DNA of 64,000 nucleotides from an uncultured Nitrososphaerota archaeon (GTDB lineage: Archaea > Thermoproteota > Nitrososphaeria > Nitrososphaerales > Nitrosopumilaceae): positions 800,001 through 864,000 of the forward strand of contig OY969559.1 in NCBI GenBank assembly GCA_963701075.1, in the 5' to 3' direction. Shown here piece after piece: positions 32,202 to 42,149 of the stretch. The notes under the pieces were generated by a model. That model made no database searches, was not told the origin of the DNA, and saw nothing but the letters and a program-made list of their open reading frames with translations. A program made the translations under genes and the position numbers. Position 1 is the stretch's first letter. Each line of letters opens with the position of its first letter.

Positions 32202-32873
32202 TTGACTCGACATGAAGAAATCTCCACTCGACCTTTTCAAGTCCGGATTAAAGCAGTAATGAAAGACATGAGATACTTACTGGTCATTGCCTTAATTGCA
32301 ATTCTTTTTGAGCCAACAGCATATGGCCAATTATATCCCATTCAAACAAATACAGCTGATACAAACTCGAAGAATCTGACATTTCCTCAAATAGCATATA
32401 CGCAAGATAATAGATACGAAGTGGACCTGACATGGGAACCACATGATATATTGACTGATAAAAAAATCATATTCATTTTTCAATTCTACGACCATGAAAC
32501 CGGTGCCATCATACCAAACGTAGATTACCAATTTGTCATATCGCAAAACGGTAAGGAACTTGTAAGAATTCCTGGAACAACTCTGGAAAGCGGGGATTAC
32601 AAATATTTTGCTTTTGACAATCCAGGACCTGTAACCATAAGCCTTGAAAAAATAGCAGACAAGGATCTGTCTGTGTCTTATACTCCCACTGTTTATTTAA
32701 ATCCACATACTACAGAGCCTGTCATTATAGTACAGCCTCCTCCAAACATGTCCGATAAAGAGAGAACGATATTTCCCATATTAGAAGATGCATTCGTAGG
32801 TGTAATCATAATGTCTTTAGCATGGATAGCAAGAGATAGGATAAAGAGCATGTTAGCAAAGATTGATCTTTAA
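32202..32873 (+). CDS. Exported protein with C-terminal TM anchor
   Basis: Signal-like segment MRYLLVIALIA..AYG (real start probably downstream of 32202); C-terminal TM. Confidence 0.65.
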   Translation: MTRHEEISTRPFQVRIKAVMKDMRYLLVIALIAILFEPTAYGQLYPIQTNTADTNSKNLTFPQIAYTQDNRYEVDLTWEPHDILTDKKIIFIFQFYDHETGAIIPNVDYQFVISQNGKELVRIPGTTLESGDYKYFAFDNPGPVTISLEKIADKDLSVSYTPTVYLNPHTTEPVIIVQPPPNMSDKERTIFPILEDAFVGVIIMSLAWIARDRIKSMLAKIDL

Positions 32874-32934
32874 AAATAATAGGCTTTTCATGTGTGGCCT
32901 AAAACTAGTCAGATGTACTTGAGGTCTGCAAACT

Positions 32935-33483
32935 ATGAAGTCTAGACCGATCATTATTTTGCTAGTTGCAATAGCGATAGCAACTGGACCATTTGGGGTA
33001 AAACATGTGTCTGCTCATCTTCATGGATTGAACTTTCAAGAGGTACAAAACAACATGCATGGTATCAAGATGGAGTTTGGTCAAACTCCGATTACTGTAC
33101 AAACCGGAAAAAATGCTACATTAGCATTTAGTGTACAGAATCTTACTGGAAGTCACATAAGAAATTTTCTTGCAATTGTTACCATTACATCAGCAGATCC
33201 AAATCAGCACATTCCAATCTACAGGTTTAAAGGTAAGGTGAGCGACGGCGATTTTTCATTTGTTTATAAATTTCCAAAAGGTGGGCATTATCTGATAGCA
33301 TTGAGAGTAGATACAACAAGATACATCACGGTAGCGCCTTTTCATCTGTTTGTCTGGTCAGAAAGATACGACATATTGGAAATATTGTCAAGTGTGGCAT
33401 CATTTTTAGAATATGTTGCTCCACTTGGTGGGGGATGCGTAATATTTGGCTATCTCATATTCAAAAAGGGGAAGAAAAAATAA
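32935..33483 (+). CDS. Exported Ig-like (YtkA/FixH-like) protein with C-terminal TM and KKGKKK tail
   Basis: Signal ending VSA followed by HLH; similar to 27422..28075. Confidence 0.65.
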   Translation: MKSRPIIILLVAIAIATGPFGVKHVSAHLHGLNFQEVQNNMHGIKMEFGQTPITVQTGKNATLAFSVQNLTGSHIRNFLAIVTITSADPNQHIPIYRFKGKVSDGDFSFVYKFPKGGHYLIALRVDTTRYITVAPFHLFVWSERYDILEILSSVASFLEYVAPLGGGCVIFGYLIFKKGKKK

Positions 33484-33637
33484 TCACATTTGATCATAGT
33501 CTGACTATGTTTTTATCAAATATTGAGCCAATCATGAATTCAAATCATGCAATGCGGCGGAGAAAAACTAAATGCTTTTCTTGGGCACTTCATACAGTTG
33601 CAAGTTGTAAGTGTTTTACCAAGTCAGAAGAAAGAGA

Positions 33638-36077
33638 TTACAATCGTATAATCCTGATCAACTGTGTCTTGAGAAAATCGTTAACTACTAAAGAGAATAG
33701 AAAGCAATATACAAGTACTACGAATATGTCCTCAACTGGGATTATGGCAAAGCCAGGCATTCCTAATATAGATATGACAACACAAACCATCACATCTGCA
33801 ATTATCGATACAAGTAATGTTCTACTAGGCTTTGACTTCCAAAAGGCATTACGCTCTCTTGCAATCAGTATAGCAAAGATTCCTGAAAGTAACAGTATGT
33901 CAAAGGAAAAGGTATGTAATTTTGACAACTGTTGTGATAACCCAAGATACTGGATTCCAAAATAAAGCAGAGCAAGTGACTCCAAGACTGTTGCAATGCC
34001 TATTATCCCGGCGATTTTTATAAGAGATTTTACATTCCAAGAGTTTGGACATTTGGACCACCTAACGTTATCCGTTGATATTGACAGCGTGACAAAATCA
34101 ACTAGAAAAATCAACAATACCATATCAAATGTACTTACTATCTGAATTCCAGTCAACAAGAAAGCAGAGACTACAAAAATGACAATTTGAAACGTCTTAA
34201 TTATTTTGTTAAGTGTCCATGTAATGATTCTCTGGTAAATCATTCTGCCAGCTTTTACGATCTCAACAATGCCTGTCAATCCCTCGTTTGTCAGTACTAC
34301 GCTTGCAGCCCCCTTTGCAACATCAGTTGCGTTGCTTACAGCTATTCCCACCTCCGCCTGCCTTAGGGCTGGAGCATCATTGATTCCATCCCCAGTCATG
34401 CCAACCACATGTCTTTGTGACTGGAGATTACTGACTATCTGATACTTGTCTTCAGGATATATTTCGGCAAACCCATCGCTTTCTTCTACTAACTTGGACG
34501 CTTTTTCCGGGTTTGATTTGAATAATTGGTTCAGAGATGACATATTCGTAATTGCCTCACCCAATCCTATCTGTTGAGCAGTTTCTCTAGCAATGGGCAA
34601 TGCATCTCCAGTTAACATCTTTGTAGAAATGCCAAGGTCCTTTAGGTCAGAGATCAATCTAGGTGAATCCTCTCTTGGTTTGTCATAAAGTGCTGCTATA
34701 CCAACGAATCTCATCTCAGAGATATCTCCGTCTGTCATAGCAATGGCAAGTGTACGATATCCCTTTTGAGAAAACTCGTTTACTCTAGCTTGAACCAATT
34801 CCAAATCGTCTGGCTTTATTTTGCAAAGAGACGTTATTATAGAAACAGAACCTTTTGACGCTATAAAGCTCTTGCCATTTTTTTCAAGCATAGCTTCGGT
34901 TCTTCTTGTACTTGGATTGAAAGGGATAAACTTTTTCTGGATATAATCTGATATTATCCCCAGTTTCTTGGCAGCAGCGATAAAGGAGATATCTATCGGA
35001 TCTTGGTTTGCTTCATTTGAAGATAATGCACCGTAAAGAATGACATCATTTTTTGTAAAATCGCCTATTGCAAAAGAATCAGCTGAAGAAGAGACGATTC
35101 GTTGTCAGGGTTCCAGTCTTATCAACACAGAGAACAGACATCATGGCAGCATCATCCGAAGCGCTAAGCCTAGTTACCAGAACCCCCTTCTTTGCAAGTT
35201 CTAGCGACTCTAACGCCATAGTTATTGAGAACATGACAGGCAAGGCAACTGGCACTGCGGAAACAAGAAGGGTTATGGATAATGGTAGTATCGAGATGAA
35301 CGTGCCTTTAAAGGCTGAAGAAACAAACAGGACGGCAATCAGCGAGCCCGCCATGACCAAAAGAAGTTTAACAATCTTGGACGTAAATTCTTCCGAATGA
35401 ATTTTTGGTTTTGCTATCTGAACCAACTGTACCGTTTTTCCAAAATATGTTCTCAGGCCAGTTGAAACTACAACACAACTTGATTCTCCTTTTCTGATAA
35501 CTGATCCTGAGTACAGTAAACTGCCAGTACTTTCGGTGACAGGCAAAGACTCGCCAGTCAGTGCAGATTTGTCAACTTCCACGTCACCTTGAATAATCTT
35601 GGCATCGGCTGGAACAAAATCTCCTGACCTCATCCTGATAATGTCGCCAGGAACCAGATCCCTTGCAGGCATAACCTGCCACTTGCCATCACGTAATACT
35701 CTGGCACTTATCTGTAGTCTCTTTCTGAGAGACTCGACAGCCACATTTGCCTTTTCTTCTTGAGCAAATCCCAAAACTGCATTAAAAACAAGGAGTGCAG
35801 ATATTATGTATAGGTTAAGGAACTTTCCAAGATACCAGCTAAGTACAATGATTAATTCAAGCATCCATGCAGTAACACCCCAAAATTTTTTGAAGAATTT
35901 AATCAATGAGTTTTGGTGTTTCTCTTCAATTTCATTATGCCCGTATCTTGAAATTCGTCTCTGTGCTTCTTCTGATGATAGACCAGAAGAGATATTGGTG
36001 TCTAATTGTTTAATCGTATCTTCGACTGACAATTGTTCGAACTGTTCTGTTGTCAGTTCTTTGTTTTTACTGCACAT
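33638..36077 (-). CDS. P-type ATPase, plasma-membrane H+-ATPase-like (type IIIA); apparent +1 base at about 35085
   Basis: TGES, PVALP, DKTGTLT, NQDPID (in the gap), MLTGD, GDGINDAPAL. Confidence 0.88.
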
Positions 36078-36216
36078 TTCTTCTGACTATTGTCAGTTTA
36101 TGATTGTACATAAAATCTCATTGGAAAGATGAGAAATGTAACTAACCAATCATGAGTACTGAGAATGATCACGAGACTTAATAGTTGGAAGAAGATCGCA
36201 GAGATGAGGAATAAGA

Positions 36217-36804
36217 ATGCGAAGACATGGATTTGTTGAAAAAGATATTGATCCCAAGGACGTTTATTCTCATGTTAAAGATCTCTTACAGTCCCAAGGA
36301 TTCAAGATTGTGGCAGAGGACTCAAAGGATGGGCTACTGGATCTGCATGCAAGAAAGTCAAGTACTGAAAGAATAATCATGGGAAGAGTTAGAGACGTTG
36401 ATGTTATCATTGCTGGCACCAAAGGAAAGTTTGAGGTTCAGCTGCACGCAGGTATCTGGGGAAGAGATATTGCCATCCCTGCCATTGAGGGACTTGCAAC
36501 ACTTGGCATAGCCACAGCAGCTGACTTGCATTCTGCACACAAGTTTGAAGAGAAGATGTGGGAGCAGATAGTTAACAAGATAGATTCTTCATTAAAAATT
36601 TGTAACTTGGATGGATTACTCTTCAAATCAGATGAGGAGCTAAATCAACATAATCAACAAATGCATCAACCGCAGGCCCAAGGTTCTATGATGAATTCTA
36701 TGCTTATGATGGGAATGCTGGGAGGAGGCGGAATGGGAATGTATGGGATGGGAATGGGTTACGGTGGCTTTGGTTCTGGTGGCTTGGGCGGCCTATGGAT
36801 CTAG
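36217..36804 (+). CDS. Hypothetical protein with degenerate C2H2-like motif and Met/Gly-rich tail
   Basis: CNLDG..F...H....H; tail MMNSMLMMGMLGGGGMGMYGMGMG. Confidence 0.7.
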   Translation: MRRHGFVEKDIDPKDVYSHVKDLLQSQGFKIVAEDSKDGLLDLHARKSSTERIIMGRVRDVDVIIAGTKGKFEVQLHAGIWGRDIAIPAIEGLATLGIATAADLHSAHKFEEKMWEQIVNKIDSSLKICNLDGLLFKSDEELNQHNQQMHQPQAQGSMMNSMLMMGMLGGGGMGMYGMGMGYGGFGSGGLGGLWI

Positions 36805-36849
36805 TCACGTATTGCACATGGCCCACATGCGTGATGCAAGTACTATGAT

Positions 36850-37078
36850 TCAAAAGAACAAAATGTCATAATTCGAATGTGTTTCTTGGAAAAGATAACA
36901 AATGTCAGCATAGAGTGAATCCTCTTTCCAAAAGAAGGCGTTCACGTAAAACGGCTCAAAGATCCGATTATTGGTGTAAAGGATATACTAGTTTCCGCGC
37001 ATGGAGATACAACCATTCTTGAGATTCAGACGAACTGTACGCTATCTGGTACGGTGGACCTATTTTCAAAAAATATTA
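36850..37078 (+). pseudogene. Decayed internal fragment of the SRPBCC gene 2423..2899
   Basis: Aligns with about 2543-2771, with indels and substitutions. Confidence 0.85.
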
Positions 37079-37536
37079 ACCTTGCAGGTCATCTCTATTG
37101 TAGAGATCTAATCTTTATGATCCACCTCCCAAGTCGACCTGTACTTGGAAGGTTAGATTATACATTTCAATTAGTATTAGTTTTAAATTTTGTTGCATCT
37201 TTTTGTCTGCACTCGGTACAAGCATTATTGATAGTGAAGACTAGTTGCTTGCCAGAATATTTTCCATTTCTATTGATAGATTATGTCAAGAAACTTGAGC
37301 GAGTCTTTATTAATAAAACAAGATTAACTTTGTTCATCAGTCAATAAATAGAAAATAAAATACGATTCCATATGAAAGGAAATCCTGCCATACTGGATGT
37401 CCGTGCAGTGTTTTTTACTGTCTCTCTTACTGCTGAAAATTATTTTCCTGTTCCAACTTCTGTAATGAATTTTCAAGAACCTTTCTTCAATTCGCATACC
37501 TCTCTATGTATTTGCACTATGTGATTTGAAATTCTC

Positions 37537-37722
37537 ATGCAAAAAATAAACAATTGGATTCTAGCATTTGCCTCATTTGCCATACTGTTAGTTATAACAT
37601 ATGAGGGGGCTGTAACGCACGATCCAGAACTATTCATTTCTTCCCTAACAATTTTAGTTCTGGCGTCATGGTTTATGTTGATTGGAACGTGCGTGATGGG
37701 AGTGAGCCGAATTCTAGCATGA
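37537..37722 (+). CDS. Small two-TM membrane protein
   Basis: 61 aa with two hydrophobic helices. Confidence 0.5.
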   Translation: MQKINNWILAFASFAILLVITYEGAVTHDPELFISSLTILVLASWFMLIGTCVMGVSRILA

Positions 37723-37774
37723 CATGTGGTTTGGGCCAATAATGCCAGTTCAAATTTACATTATAAAATCACAG

Positions 37775-37920
37775 ACAAGAAAACAAACGTTGCAAGATTT
37801 TAATTGTTATTTTACAAATATCAAGTTTTCTTCATGATGGATTGTGTGCCAGGCCAGATTAGGCGTGTGACATCATCTGTTGTGAAACATGGAAATGAAA
37901 GATGACGATCCTGAAAAAAT
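37775..37920 (+). repeat. 146-bp perfect inverted repeat, left arm
   Basis: Exact reverse complement of 41601-41746. Confidence 0.95.
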
Positions 37921-37927
37921 GAGGGTG

Positions 37928-38230
37928 CTATTGTATCAGTCTGTGTTTCAGACTTGGTTTTCGCGCTTTCCAGACTACGACCCCCAAAATAGCCAACGCT
38001 GCAACCACTGCTAATCCAGCTGACAATCCGTAAATTGCAGTTGGACCAAGATAACCTGGCATACTTGGGTTCCCATAGGGCGGACCAAGCGGTATGCCTT
38101 TTTGTTGTCCTTGCGCAAATGCTGACGTTCCTTGTTGCGCAAATGCATGCGGAGCCAAGGCTACAATAGCAACTAGAACCAATGCGCCTAACACGGCCAT
38201 TGGTTTGGCTTTGTCGCTTAAAGTTTTCAT
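37928..38230 (-). CDS. Small exported protein with C-terminal TM and basic tail
   Basis: Signal ending AFA, Pro/Gly linker, TM, KARKP. Confidence 0.7.
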   Translation of the reverse strand: MKTLSDKAKPMAVLGALVLVAIVALAPHAFAQQGTSAFAQGQQKGIPLGPPYGNPSMPGYLGPTAIYGLSAGLAVVAALAILGVVVWKARKPSLKHRLIQ

Positions 38231-38408
38231 TGCAATTCATAATATGTCAAGATTTTATTTCAATGCCATAGTTTGCAGTGTGTACTGGATAAATTCTGAA
38301 TTAATTTCAAAATTTTCTCTTTTTTATTTCATAGGTACAAAACACGCTTCAAATCGCACTACCAAAAGCCAAGATTCACCAAGTATATAAAAAAAGAGAA
38401 TCGAAACT

Positions 38409-38500
38409 AAGTTTAGAAAAATATGTTTGGCCAGTCAATGGGCGAATCTGTAGTCAGCGTCTTTGTTTATTTAGGAATAGGATCAGCTGTTCTTACATCT
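38409..38500 (+). repeat. Degenerate direct copy of 27430-27520 (5' region of the Ig-like gene)
   Basis: Shared GAAAAATATGTTTGGC.AGTCAA...GTCTTTGTTTATTTA...ATAGGATCA...ACATCT. Confidence 0.8.
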
Positions 38501-38607
38501 AGGTTGTACTATAATGATATATAATGAATTTTCTTCAAAAATAAAAAATAAATTTTGGGTAACAAGGTTAACCATTCCGTATATAGATTGAAGCTCCAAT
38601 ATGGACC

Positions 38608-38868
38608 ATGAATACATCAATCCAATCAATGTTTACTGGAGCAAAACTCTATGCAATCATTGCAGTGGTTTGTGTAGCCTCGGTGGTCGGAATTGCACTG
38701 GGTCTTGAGTCCAGCGTACACTTTGCAAAGCCTGGATACATTCCACCTGGTGTAACGGCACCTGCAAAAGGACCATGCCTGAGTTTTGAATACAACTGCC
38801 ATGATACAGTAAAGCATCCAAGCTCCTACTATGATAGCGGAGCTTACCTCGACCAGCCTGCTCCATAG
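38608..38868 (+). CDS. Small membrane-anchored protein with C-x6-CH motif
   Basis: N-terminal TM; CLSFEYNCH; directly upstream of the Rieske gene. Confidence 0.6.
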   Translation: MNTSIQSMFTGAKLYAIIAVVCVASVVGIALGLESSVHFAKPGYIPPGVTAPAKGPCLSFEYNCHDTVKHPSSYYDSGAYLDQPAP

Positions 38869-38908
38869 ACCATTCCAAATCGTGACTATAAAGAGGAGAT
38901 TATCAAGC

Positions 38909-39517
38909 ATGACTCAAACACCTGCTAAACAAGAAGGAGTTACAAGAAGAGACTTTCTCAAACTACTTGCAGCTGGAAGTGTAGCACTAGCGTTTGCTCC
39001 GTTTGTTCCATGGGGAAAGTTCATGCCAAACCCCTCAAATATAGTGCCGTCCAGAGTTCAGGTAACCTTACCTGATGGAACAGTGGCCAATGTCAAGACG
39101 TTTCCAAAGAATAGTTCCGAAGTCATAACTTATCCATCCAGCGGAGATCCAGTTCTTGACCAAGAGGCATTTAAAAAATGGCAATTTGTACGATTGCCCG
39201 AAGAACTAGGTGGAGGAGTAGATGATGTTAGTGCCTTTCGTGTTTATAGTATGGTCTGTTTACATCTCTGGTGTTTGTGGAAGTACTGGCCTCAACCTGG
39301 AAGAAAAAGGGGCGAGTGTCCCTGCCATGGCAGCATGTACAACATGCTAAACGGAAAGGCGTTTGCAGGTCCTGCCTCTCTTCAGGCTCCGCCTTCGAAT
39401 GTCTTACCTGAGCTTTGGCTTGAGGCAGACAATGATGGAAATTTGTGGATAAAGCCAGCAGTCTGGAATGTAAATGAAAACGGGATTGTGGGATATGGCC
39501 GTTTCCTTAAAACGTAG
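38909..39517 (+). CDS. Tat-exported Rieske [2Fe-2S] protein (complex III PetC-like), with no adjacent cytochrome b
   Basis: TRRDFLK Tat motif; CLHLWC and CPCHGS boxes; GAGGAG RBS before ATG 38909. Confidence 0.9.
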   Translation: MTQTPAKQEGVTRRDFLKLLAAGSVALAFAPFVPWGKFMPNPSNIVPSRVQVTLPDGTVANVKTFPKNSSEVITYPSSGDPVLDQEAFKKWQFVRLPEELGGGVDDVSAFRVYSMVCLHLWCLWKYWPQPGRKRGECPCHGSMYNMLNGKAFAGPASLQAPPSNVLPELWLEADNDGNLWIKPAVWNVNENGIVGYGRFLKT

Positions 39518-39525
39518 AAGCGGAT

Positions 39526-41061
39526 TTGTATTTGAATCAAAAAATGTGTGCTGCAATTTTAGTTATCGCCGCTGCCTCAATCATGATATCATACACAAGT
39601 TATACATTCATAGGCATTGAGGCAAAAAACAAAGAAAACGGTACAAAATTAAATCGGTTCCCCTATGAAGCAAATTCAAATTTACCAAGTGTTTTGTCTA
39701 TCGTACCAATAAGAGGAACTTATGTTACGCTTTACCCTTTGCCAAACGGCACTGCACCAAATAGCATTCTAGTTGATAAAAACGGAATAGTTTGGTGTAT
39801 TGGTTCCAAGATACATGATCTATTCAGATTCGATCCAAATACAAATTCTCTTGAGGAATATTATATTCCTGGAGAAAATGATAACAATAATTACAAGATG
39901 TCCTGGTCCATGGTACAAGACAATGAAGGAAACATTTGGTTTTCACAGTTTGGTCAATATCCCATCTGGAGGTTTAATCCAAATGATGGCATCTTCACAT
40001 CATTTCACTCTAATATACAATATACACCATTTCAGATGAAACATGACATCAAGACAGATAACATCTGGTTCACAACTCTTTCAGGAGGGTCACTTGGAGT
40101 TATTCAGAAAGTTCAAGAATTTGGATCAGTAGTTAACCAATATGAAATAAACGAGTTTTCAATTGGCAATGGTACTATGCCAAGTGGATTAGATGTCAAT
40201 GGCAACTCTATATGGGTTACTGAAATTGAGCAAGGAAAGATAATCAGGTTTGAAGCAATCCGTACAAGTAATGGTATCGTAACTGGCATAACGCAAGTGA
40301 CAGAGTTACCTAAAGGAAACAGCAAGCCGTTCTCGCTGCCAACAGATGTTCTTTTGTCTGAGAACGATCACTTCTTGTGGATTACTGAGCATGGTCCCAG
40401 TACAGTTACAAAATATGACATTAATTCACAAAAATCCATACAATTTCCAACAGCAAAAAACAAGTATGATGTGGCATCTCTGCCCTTCTGGTTACGAGAA
40501 AGCACTAACGGCAAAGGAATTTGGTTCAACGAGCACGAAGGTGGAAGCATAGGATTCTTGACAGATAATCTGACTTTGACAGAATTTCATTTACAAAACA
40601 TCCCTCAAAATTCAATTCCCTTTATGCTCAACTTGGCAACAGATCCAACCAACCCCAATAAACTGTGGTTTTCGTTATGGACAGTAGATGAGATTGGTGT
40701 TGTCGATAAATCTGTTTTATCCCCATTTGACCTCATGATTTCCAAAGATAAACTCGTACTATCCCAATCTGAGAATCATACCTTGATACATGTCACTATC
40801 ATAAAAAATCCAACCTCAGACACAAAAGATATGGTATTTCTTAACGCATCAAGTTCTATGCTTTCAGACGGATCGCTTCAGAACATGACAGCACAGTTTT
40901 CTATTCCAATGTTACCCATAACTAGGCAGACACCAAACAAGACTATGATTGAATTGACTCTAAATGACCAATCTCTAGAGAAGGGCAACTATACGATAGG
41001 ACTTTCTGCAGGCGATGCACTCCTTACAAAAACTGTCTTTGTCTATCTTACTGTGCCTTGA
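39526..41061 (+). CDS. Membrane-anchored Vgb (virginiamycin B lyase)-like beta-propeller with C-terminal Ig-like domain
   Basis: Repeated GNIWF/IWVTE/LWITE/IWFNE blades. Confidence 0.75.
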   Translation: MYLNQKMCAAILVIAAASIMISYTSYTFIGIEAKNKENGTKLNRFPYEANSNLPSVLSIVPIRGTYVTLYPLPNGTAPNSILVDKNGIVWCIGSKIHDLFRFDPNTNSLEEYYIPGENDNNNYKMSWSMVQDNEGNIWFSQFGQYPIWRFNPNDGIFTSFHSNIQYTPFQMKHDIKTDNIWFTTLSGGSLGVIQKVQEFGSVVNQYEINEFSIGNGTMPSGLDVNGNSIWVTEIEQGKIIRFEAIRTSNGIVTGITQVTELPKGNSKPFSLPTDVLLSENDHFLWITEHGPSTVTKYDINSQKSIQFPTAKNKYDVASLPFWLRESTNGKGIWFNEHEGGSIGFLTDNLTLTEFHLQNIPQNSIPFMLNLATDPTNPNKLWFSLWTVDEIGVVDKSVLSPFDLMISKDKLVLSQSENHTLIHVTIIKNPTSDTKDMVFLNASSSMLSDGSLQNMTAQFSIPMLPITRQTPNKTMIELTLNDQSLEKGNYTIGLSAGDALLTKTVFVYLTVP

Positions 41062-41089
41062 ATCACGACCTGCTCCTAAACTCCTGATT

Positions 41090-41512
41090 TTATTGCGACA
41101 ACAGGACTTGTGATGTATTTTTCAACCTTTTCTTATATGCATCTATTAGTCGTGCAATACTTTTTGCTAAAGTCATAGAGTTTACATGCGTTCTCAAGAA
41201 AGATACTAACAACAATTGTTCATCCATTGAAAACGAAAGTAGGCCTCTCTTTGTTCTCTCTACATAAGTAAATCTTACTTGTCCCAAATCCCCATCAAAT
41301 TCCTTTCTCATCCTATGCCTTAGGGCATTTTCCATAAAAAACATCTCTTTTCTGGTACTCGGAAGTATTTCTATAATGGAGTTACGACCTTGGCTCGCAT
41401 CAACTCTTCCCTTTTCATTAATAATTGCCACGAATGTTATATGATTATTCATTGTCAGTATGGATCTGCACAATTCATTTGATAACACATCCGATTTTGA
41501 ATTGAGGAGCAA
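41090..41512 (-). CDS. Roadblock/longin-like small protein
   Basis: ITFVAIINEKGR...FDGDLGQV; similar to 46307..46699. Confidence 0.65.
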   Translation of the reverse strand: MLLNSKSDVLSNELCRSILTMNNHITFVAIINEKGRVDASQGRNSIIEILPSTRKEMFFMENALRHRMRKEFDGDLGQVRFTYVERTKRGLLSFSMDEQLLLVSFLRTHVNSMTLAKSIARLIDAYKKRLKNTSQVLLSQ

Positions 41513-41552
41513 CTTGTCTAGTATTTCTTCATTTTACTATAAAACTTCTATA

Positions 41553-41566
41553 GTACACACTGCAAT
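41553..41566 (-). promoter_or_regulatory. Motif ATTGCAGTGTGTAC, 8 nt upstream of a TTTTATA TATA box
   Basis: Matches the 1529/2374/3829 copies in sequence and spacing. Confidence 0.7.
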
Positions 41567-41600
41567 TTGTGTCATAAAATACTAATTATACTTGTTTTGT

Positions 41601-41746
41601 ATTTTTTCAGGATCGTCATCTTTCATTTCCATGTTTCACAACAGATGATGTCACACGCCTAATCTGGCCTGGCACACAATCCATCATGAAGAAAACTTGA
41701 TATTTGTAAAATAACAATTAAAATCTTGCAACGTTTGTTTTCTTGT
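41601..41746 (-). repeat. 146-bp perfect inverted repeat, right arm
   Basis: Exact reverse complement of 37775-37920. Confidence 0.95.
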
Positions 41747-41816
41747 TTTTGTAATTCAATACATTAGATTGCAGTGTAAGCAGATTTTTTAAATGAGATA
41801 GTGACGTAGCTATATC

Positions 41817-42149
41817 ATGACAAAACTTGTTTGCAGCGATTATGGATTCGAATGTAGTTACCAAGTTGAGGGTGGAGATGATGAGGCAATAAGAAAATTT
41901 GCCAAACATTCTGAAGAGATACATGGAATTGAGTATTCCGAGGGTGCTTTGATGCAGATTTTGAGCAGAAAAACTCACCAAGAGTCTTACAATCCTGGAA
42001 TTATTTTAAGCAAGAACGAGATCCAAGCGGTTATTGCAATTTTGGATTTCGCCTACAGCGTCTATTCAATGGCCGTTTTTGAAGAAGACTTGAAGATAGA
42101 TCACAGAATGATCCAACAGTTGATACTGAAAATGTCAATGTATACATAG
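41817..42149 (+). CDS. DUF1059-like small metal-binding domain with C-terminal extension
   Basis: CSDYGFEC...H...HG motif. Confidence 0.7.
   Translation: MTKLVCSDYGFECSYQVEGGDDEAIRKFAKHSEEIHGIEYSEGALMQILSRKTHQESYNPGIILSKNEIQAVIAILDFAYSVYSMAVFEEDLKIDHRMIQQLILKMSMYT

Noticed and set aside
33435-33965. 176-aa plus-strand ORF
   Set aside because: Largely antisense to the ATPase C-terminus, with no recognisable features
37054-37347. 97-aa ORF
   Set aside because: Begins inside the SRPBCC pseudogene and runs into AT-rich sequence; probably spurious
37821-38240. 139-aa Cys-containing ORF running into the 146-bp repeat
   Set aside because: Alternative frame of the more convincing signal-peptide + TM gene 37928..38230
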